DNA of 32,000 bases, from assembly GCA_030055615.1 (NCBI GenBank), contig JASFYN010000004.1, forward strand, positions 123,213 through 155,212, written 5' to 3'. Numbering within the stretch: position 1 is the first letter of the stretch; each line of letters opens with the position of its first letter. The notes beneath the pieces were generated by a model. That model did not search any database, had not been told where the DNA came from, and saw only the letters and a list, made by a program, of their open reading frames with translations. Source of the DNA: Methanothermobacter sp. GTDB taxonomy: Archaea; Methanobacteriota; Methanobacteria; Methanobacteriales; DSM-23052. Shown in pieces: positions 27,201 through 32,000 of this stretch. Position numbers and translations under genes: made by a program.

Positions 27201-28184
27201 TCCACCGAACATTTTCCAGTCTATTCGGTTTCCTTCGTGATTGAATTTTTGTATGAAAGCGTCACTCTCTGTGGATCTTGTTTCACCGACTATGTATGCG
27301 TTTCCAATGTTATCAGCGACCACTCCAAGGGCGTAGTCATCACCTGGATTCCATATCATCGTATAGTAGATTAGATTCCCATTTTGGTCGAACTTTGCCA
27401 AGTAAACATCCAGTGATCCTGTGTTTAAATTTAGGGTTGATCCTGTGATGTATGCACATTCGAACTCGTCAACGTAAATGTCCCATGCATAATCTAGGTT
27501 TCCGCCACCAATATAGGTTGAATGATCTAATTTTGGGTCTATTATAAGTTCTTTGTTTTTATTGTAATCACCAACTTTGAAGCTGTATGTGTCACCTTCA
27601 ATTGTGTATTCTACTGGGATATTTTCATCATCTTGGAATGCTATTGGTTTTGTCATTTCCACGCTTTGGGACCCTTTGTGATTATGAGTTGGCCATTTTC
27701 TCCTATGGCAAGTTGCGCTCCCTCAATTTTTACCCTGATATTGTTTGGGTCCCCGTTTATGATGAATATCTTCTCTATGTTATTGGCATGGGTTTTTAGA
27801 TTTACTCTTATACCTGGCCATATTTCTCCTAGGCTGATGGTTTTCCATGTTTTAATGTTTGTCCAGTTATTATCCTTTTCATAGATGTTAACTTTTGTGG
27901 AGGCTGGTTCGAAGCCTGTGGCATTTAATTTTATGGGGTTTCCATTGGAATCTACGAATGTTTCAGTGATGGTAATTTTAGGGTTTATTTCGTGTTTTAT
28001 ACCACTTTCTGAGACATAGGCTGTGCCATAAAAGGTTTTGGCATAGTATGTGCTGTCATTTAATTGGCCATGGTTTTTCGATGAATGGAATGTCTAAAAA
28101 GCCTTTCATTGTAGTATTGGATTCAGCAGCACTAGCAGAGCTTATTGCCAGGAATAAAAAAAGTGTTAAGGGTATATAGAACAT
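24246..28184 (-). pseudogene. adhesin-like surface protein gene with its 5' end interrupted by two 1-nt frameshifts
   Basis: Domain order is signal peptide, FIENxGQ-type N-domain, SBBP beta-propeller repeats, 8 CARDB-like repeats and 2 pseudomurein-binding repeats. The intact ORF 24246-27662 (1138 aa) lacks a signal peptide. The signal peptide (MFYIPLTLFLFLAISSASAAE) is at 28184-28056 in the same frame. The missing N-domain (NHGQLNDSTYYAKTFYGTAYV...[14 protein letters not shown]) is open with no start codon in another frame at 28075-27653. Confidence 0.75.
24666..26852 (-). repeat. eight tandem ~91-codon CARDB-like / Ig-like repeats inside the adhesin gene
   Basis: Repeat consensus read from the translation: [18 protein letters not shown]..a.itN.G...gdYTA.LYvnG......v.v....t......l...G.Y.v.i..l.PV.V.V..P. 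The repeats are diverged at nucleotide level and rich in N-x-S/T sequons. Confidence 0.8.
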
Positions 28185-28237
28185 CTTTTTATGGATGATA
28201 TCACCCCCTAAACATAAAAAGATAAAAGCCATTGTTG

Positions 28238-28245
28238 TATATATA
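28238..28245 (-). promoter_or_regulatory. TATATATA box upstream of the adhesin-like gene
   Basis: The box lies about 55 nt upstream of ATG 28184 on the minus strand, in the divergent intergenic region. This rests on sequence inspection only. Confidence 0.3.
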
Positions 28246-28432
28246 GGTTTCTATTTTATTCAAATGAAAATAAACAAATTATTAAATATGGGGGAATAAA
28301 TAGCTTTTTTTATTACCCTCCATGGGTATATACAACTGATTATCCTAGAAGTTTTAGGGAATATGTATACCATGTTATATTTTCCATTTACAAAAAACTA
28401 TTATATACGGTTGTAACAATCTATCCAATGTC

Positions 28433-29119
28433 ATGATGGTAGACATTTATCAATTATTTGGCCAGCTCATCATCCTTGTGTTAATGGGCATTCTATTATT
28501 GCTCTTGTTGAGCTTGTTCCTTGGGAGGATATTATTAAAGAGTGATCGTCTAATATTTCCCAGACTACTCCTTGTAACAGTAGACTTGTTCTATGGGCCT
28601 TTTAAACGGTTTGCGAGCATCCTAGGAATTGATGAGAGTATAGTGGATCAGATAGGGGTTGAAGTTAGGAACAAGGTTAACGAGGAAAGATTCAATAATA
28701 TAAAAGCAGAGGATAAGCTCTTGATACTCCCACATTGTCTAAGGCACCCAAAGTGTGAAGCACCATTAGAACCTTCAGGTTTACAATGCAAAAATTGTAA
28801 AAAGTGCATAATCAGCATATTAAAGAAGAAGGCGGAGGAAATAGGCTACCGCGTATTCATAATACCAGGTTCCACATTCCTTAAAAAGATAGTGAAAGAG
28901 AACAAATTCAAGTCGGTGCTTGGCGTCGCTTGCTACCAGGACCTGAACATGGCCATGATGAAATTATCCAAATTCGCACCCCAAGGCGTGCCACTCCTTA
29001 AGGACGGATGCTACAAGACCAAAGTGGATATCAGCATGGTATTAGAGAAGATGGGGATAAAAAAACCGAAGAGAATCCGCCTAGAATGTGGGGCTGATCA
29101 TAAATGGACATCAAAATAA
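28433..29119 (+). CDS. DUF116-family membrane-anchored Cys-rich protein
   Basis: 228-aa ORF. It has an N-terminal TM segment ([19 protein letters not shown]) and the pattern [16 protein letters not shown]...CKNCKKC...GVACYQDL, characteristic of DUF116 as I recall it. Confidence 0.75.
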   Translation: MMVDIYQLFGQLIILVLMGILLLLLLSLFLGRILLKSDRLIFPRLLLVTVDLFYGPFKRFASILGIDESIVDQIGVEVRNKVNEERFNNIKAEDKLLILPHCLRHPKCEAPLEPSGLQCKNCKKCIISILKKKAEEIGYRVFIIPGSTFLKKIVKENKFKSVLGVACYQDLNMAMMKLSKFAPQGVPLLKDGCYKTKVDISMVLEKMGIKKPKRIRLECGADHKWTSK

Positions 29120-29940
29120 CAGACAATCATATCCATGTTGATCACGTCAATGGTGAAGGGCCTGTGAAAGTGGCTGAAAAGTTCCACAGAGCAGGTGGCA
29201 AAAGGATGATAATACCCAATAAGCCCACTTGGACCATCCAGAAGCCATCAAATTTTAAGGAGGCCATGAATCTCGTCATAAAGTATGCGGAGATAATAAA
29301 CTCTCAAACTAAAGTAGAAGCATATCCCATAGTAGGAGTGCACCCGGCAGAACTTTCAAGGCTCATAGAATCCGGCACGCCAATCAAAGAAGCTGAAGCA
29401 CTCGTCAAAGAAGGGCTTGAATACGCCCAGAGGCTAGTATCGGATGGAAAAGCTATAGGTATTGGCGAAGTTGGAAGGCCACATTATCCTGTAGAAGAAA
29501 GTGAATGGGAAGCCCACAACAGGATACTTTTATATACATTGGAACTTGCAAGGGAAGTGGATTGTCCAGTGCAACTTCATACCGAAAGTTCAACCCCTAG
29601 ACAGTTCAAAGAATTTTCCAAGATGGCTGAAAAGGCTGGTATGAAAAAGTATAAGGTTATAAAACATTTTTCAGGCCCTTATGTCAGTGAGGATGAAAAT
29701 TATGGGCTCACACCATCTTTGATAGCTTCACGTGACGTTATAAAAAAAGGCTTGGAGAAGGGTGACAGTTTCCTTATGGAGACCGACTATTTGGATGATC
29801 TGGGCAGGCCTGGAGCAGTACTAGGTCCTAAGACCGTTCCAAGGCGTACGAGGGAATTTATCCAGAAGGGTTTTATGGATTTAGAGGATGCTTATAAAAT
29901 CCATGAGGAGAACATAGAAAAGGTTTATGGTTTAGTGTGA
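29104..29940 (+). CDS. TatD-related metal-dependent hydrolase
   Basis: 278-aa ORF with N-terminal DNHIHVDH, internal GIGEVG and VQLHTES motifs. Its ATG lies 16 nt inside the DUF116 gene. Confidence 0.8.
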   Translation: MDIKITDNHIHVDHVNGEGPVKVAEKFHRAGGKRMIIPNKPTWTIQKPSNFKEAMNLVIKYAEIINSQTKVEAYPIVGVHPAELSRLIESGTPIKEAEALVKEGLEYAQRLVSDGKAIGIGEVGRPHYPVEESEWEAHNRILLYTLELAREVDCPVQLHTESSTPRQFKEFSKMAEKAGMKKYKVIKHFSGPYVSEDENYGLTPSLIASRDVIKKGLEKGDSFLMETDYLDDLGRPGAVLGPKTVPRRTREFIQKGFMDLEDAYKIHEENIEKVYGLV

Positions 29941-30510
29941 ACCTCCAAGGAATATGCTTATAAAAGTTATCATGAGGCCTATGGCTACGATCTCTATACT
30001 AGTTTTGAAGATGTTTTCTCTTGATATTATCCCGAGGTAGATTCCAAGTATAATTAGTGCTATCATGGATAGTAGTATTGTGAGTATTGTGGCTGTTATC
30101 CTATCTTTTATGAAGAAGAATGGTATGGTGGGTACGAATGCGCCGAGAAAACTTGAGAATCCATGGGTGAACATGCTCATGTATATCCTTCTTTTGGCTT
30201 GTTGGTGTATTATCGTGTCGTTTAGGCTGCCTTTTTCCATTATCATCTTTTTTTCAAGTTCTCTCATTGTACGGGTTTCTTCGGCTCTTTCACCGATGAA
30301 TGAACCGAAGGCATTGGACATTGCAAGGGCTATACCCCCACTTAATCCTGTGAGACCGATAAGATAATTTTCTATTTCAACGCCGCCTATGCCTGCAACT
30401 CCACTGGCGGTTAATGTAACACCCATAACAGCTAGTATTCCATCGAGGGTTCCTAGTGCGATGTATCTGCTCATGGTAAGATATTCATGGATGAATTCCC
30501 TCAACCCCAT
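29932..30510 (-). CDS. VIT1/CCC1-like integral membrane protein
   Basis: 192-aa ORF. LGTLDGILAVMGV and AMSNAFGSFIGERAEE followed by a charged loop and C-terminal TM segments resemble the VIT family. It begins 1 nt after hmgA. Confidence 0.55.
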   Translation of the reverse strand: MGLREFIHEYLTMSRYIALGTLDGILAVMGVTLTASGVAGIGGVEIENYLIGLTGLSGGIALAMSNAFGSFIGERAEETRTMRELEKKMIMEKGSLNDTIIHQQAKRRIYMSMFTHGFSSFLGAFVPTIPFFFIKDRITATILTILLSMIALIILGIYLGIISRENIFKTSIEIVAIGLMITFISIFLGGSH

Positions 30511-30511
30511 T

Positions 30512-31717
30512 TTAGGATCCTCTACCTAATCTTATATGTGCCCTTGCAAGGTGTCCCGCCGCTAATGCGCCCATAAGTGACAATTCTCCTGCTAAAACGG
30601 CCCCGGCGACTATCTCAGCGAACTTGTGGACTTTCCCAGATCCTCTGACTCCCATTATCTCAAGGCATTCTGATGCGGTTTCTAGTCTTGTGCCTCCACC
30701 TACAGTGGCTAGTGGAACATCAGGTAGTGTGACTGAAAAGTATAAATCTCCGTTGATTTCTTCAGCTATTGTGATGCCTAGGCTTCCTTCGGTAATGTGT
30801 GCTTCGTCTTGTCCTGTGGCCAAAAATATAGCCCCTATTATATTTGCATAGTGTGCGTTGAATCCCATGCTCCCTGATATGGCTGATCCTGCGAAATTTT
30901 TCGCGAGGTTGACTTCTTGTATCGCCCTTGGTGTTGTTTTAAGTATTCTTTCCACTATCTCGGCTGGGATTTTCACTTCTGCTGTGAGACTTTTTCCCCT
31001 GCCTTCTATAAGGTTTAGGGCTGCTGGTTTTTTATCTACGCATGCGTTTCCACTTAAGGCGATGAGGTGAGCTCCTGTTTCCTTGGTTAGGAGTTTCATG
31101 GCTTCTTCTGTGGCTATTGTTACCATGTTCATTCCCATGCTGTCTCCTGTTGTGAAAACGAACCTTGGGTAGAGGTAGGGACCTACTATTAATATTGGGT
31201 CTATTTTTATCAGTTTTCCGTGGCGTGTTGTTGACTCTGCAGCTTTTTTTAACCGTTTGAAATTTTCTCGGATCCATTCTCTGACTTTTAGTGCTTCTTC
31301 TATTGATTCTGTTCTGATTACTGGGGCTCTTGTCATCTTGTCCCCTGTTATCCTTACTGTGGCGCCCCCTGCTTCTGTTATAGCTGAGCATCCTCTGTTT
31401 ACTGATGCTACAAGGGCTCCTTCTGATGTTGCGAGTGGAATATAAAATTTGCCTCTTGCATGTTCTCCGCGGATCTTGATGGGCCCGGCAATTCCTAATG
31501 GTATTTGTATTGTGCCTATTGGATTTTCTATGTTCCTTTTTTGGGCTTCTTCCATGTTTATGGAATAATTGGAAATGTGTTTTAGTTTTGTTCCTGTTAT
31601 TCTTTCTATGAATAGTCTTCTCAATTTTACTGCTTCTTCTATGCTTGTATATTTTTCGATTTCGTGAAGTTTTATTTTTCCTTCTTCTAGTCCTTTTATT
31701 ATCTCTTCTTCTATCAT
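30512..31717 (-). CDS. hmgA: hydroxymethylglutaryl-CoA reductase (class I, archaeal)
   Basis: 401-aa ORF with motifs TSEGALVAS, TGDSMGMNMV, SGNACVDKKPAALN and GGGT near the C-terminus. Confidence 0.95.
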   Translation of the reverse strand: MIEEEIIKGLEEGKIKLHEIEKYTSIEEAVKLRRLFIERITGTKLKHISNYSINMEEAQKRNIENPIGTIQIPLGIAGPIKIRGEHARGKFYIPLATSEGALVASVNRGCSAITEAGGATVRITGDKMTRAPVIRTESIEEALKVREWIRENFKRLKKAAESTTRHGKLIKIDPILIVGPYLYPRFVFTTGDSMGMNMVTIATEEAMKLLTKETGAHLIALSGNACVDKKPAALNLIEGRGKSLTAEVKIPAEIVERILKTTPRAIQEVNLAKNFAGSAISGSMGFNAHYANIIGAIFLATGQDEAHITEGSLGITIAEEINGDLYFSVTLPDVPLATVGGGTRLETASECLEIMGVRGSGKVHKFAEIVAGAVLAGELSLMGALAAGHLARAHIRLGRGS

Positions 31718-31726
31718 ATGATCCCT

Positions 31727-32000
31727 TTATAGTTCTTTTAGCATTTCTGGGATGTCTGATGGCTTTTCAGCTACTTGTACGTCCGCTTTTTCAAGGGCCT
31801 TTATTTTGCTTTCAGCTGTTCCAGCGCCCCTTTCTATGATCGCGCCGGCGTGTCCCATCCTTTTTCCTGGTGGGGCTGTTCTACCTGCTATGAATGCCAT
31901 TACAGGCTTTGATATGTGCTCTTTTATGTATTCTGCCGCTCTTTCCTCTGCGTCACCGCCGATTTCTCCTATCATGAGCATTGCCTTTGTGTCCTTGTCC
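31727..32000 (-). CDS. sucD: succinate--CoA ligase (ADP-forming) alpha subunit, C-terminal part; the gene runs off the window
   Basis: The translation ...[26 protein letters not shown]...[21 protein letters not shown] is the conserved SucD C-terminal region including the phosphohistidine loop. The reading frame is still open at position 32000. Confidence 0.9.
   Translation of the reverse strand, partial: DKDTKAMLMIGEIGGDAEERAAEYIKEHISKPVMAFIAGRTAPPGKRMGHAGAIIERGAGTAESKIKALEKADVQVAEKPSDIPEMLKEL

Noticed and set aside
27587-27884. Two overlapping plus-strand ORFs (70 and 83 aa)
   Set aside because: They are antisense to the frame-shifted 5' portion of the adhesin-like gene, whose translation has a clear domain-like sequence.
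23281-28432. Possibility that the zinc-ribbon pair, the hypothetical gene and the adhesin form a mobile or integrated island
   Set aside because: No integrase, transposase, tRNA target or flanking direct or inverted repeats were seen, and composition does not visibly differ from the neighbours. The region is accessory-looking but with no evidence of mobility.
1-32000. Scan for tRNA, rRNA, CRISPR arrays and riboswitch-like leaders in all gaps longer than 40 nt
   Set aside because: Nothing with cloverleaf-type complementarity, rRNA-like conservation or repeat-spacer periodicity was recognised by eye. A covariance-model scan would be needed to exclude small ncRNAs, especially in 17575-18134.

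Overview
This is an archaeal chromosome segment, almost certainly from a pseudomurein-walled methanogen of the Methanobacteriales type. Supporting markers are GGGP synthase, class-I HMG-CoA reductase, ribosomal protein L40e, Tsr3, a NurA-HerA-Mre11-Rad50 cluster, three tandem Mur-ligase paralogs, and a surface protein ending in pseudomurein-binding repeats. About 30 genes are tightly packed. One co-directional minus-strand block of ten genes runs from 16085 to 3001 with gaps of 36 nt or less. I found no rRNA, tRNA, CRISPR array, transposase or integrase. Five items deserve a second look. (1) A translationally coupled cell-wall operon (3001-9005) places an exported, distantly VanW-like protein and a MobA-like NTP transferase after the three ligases. 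(2) MurT-like Cys4 zinc-ribbon inserts occur in full, compact and absent forms across the three ligase paralogs. (3) Two tandem 51-codon zinc-ribbon microprotein genes (23427-23750) are missed by the ORF track. They share a 46-nt perfectly identical core inside otherwise diverged genes. (4) A roughly 1300-codon adhesin-like gene has its 5' end broken by two compensating 1-nt frameshifts in homopolymer runs (27653-28184). (5) A 560-nt gap between convergent genes (17575-18134) holds only small hydrophobic ORF candidates. All domain calls come from motif recognition by eye. No searches were run.
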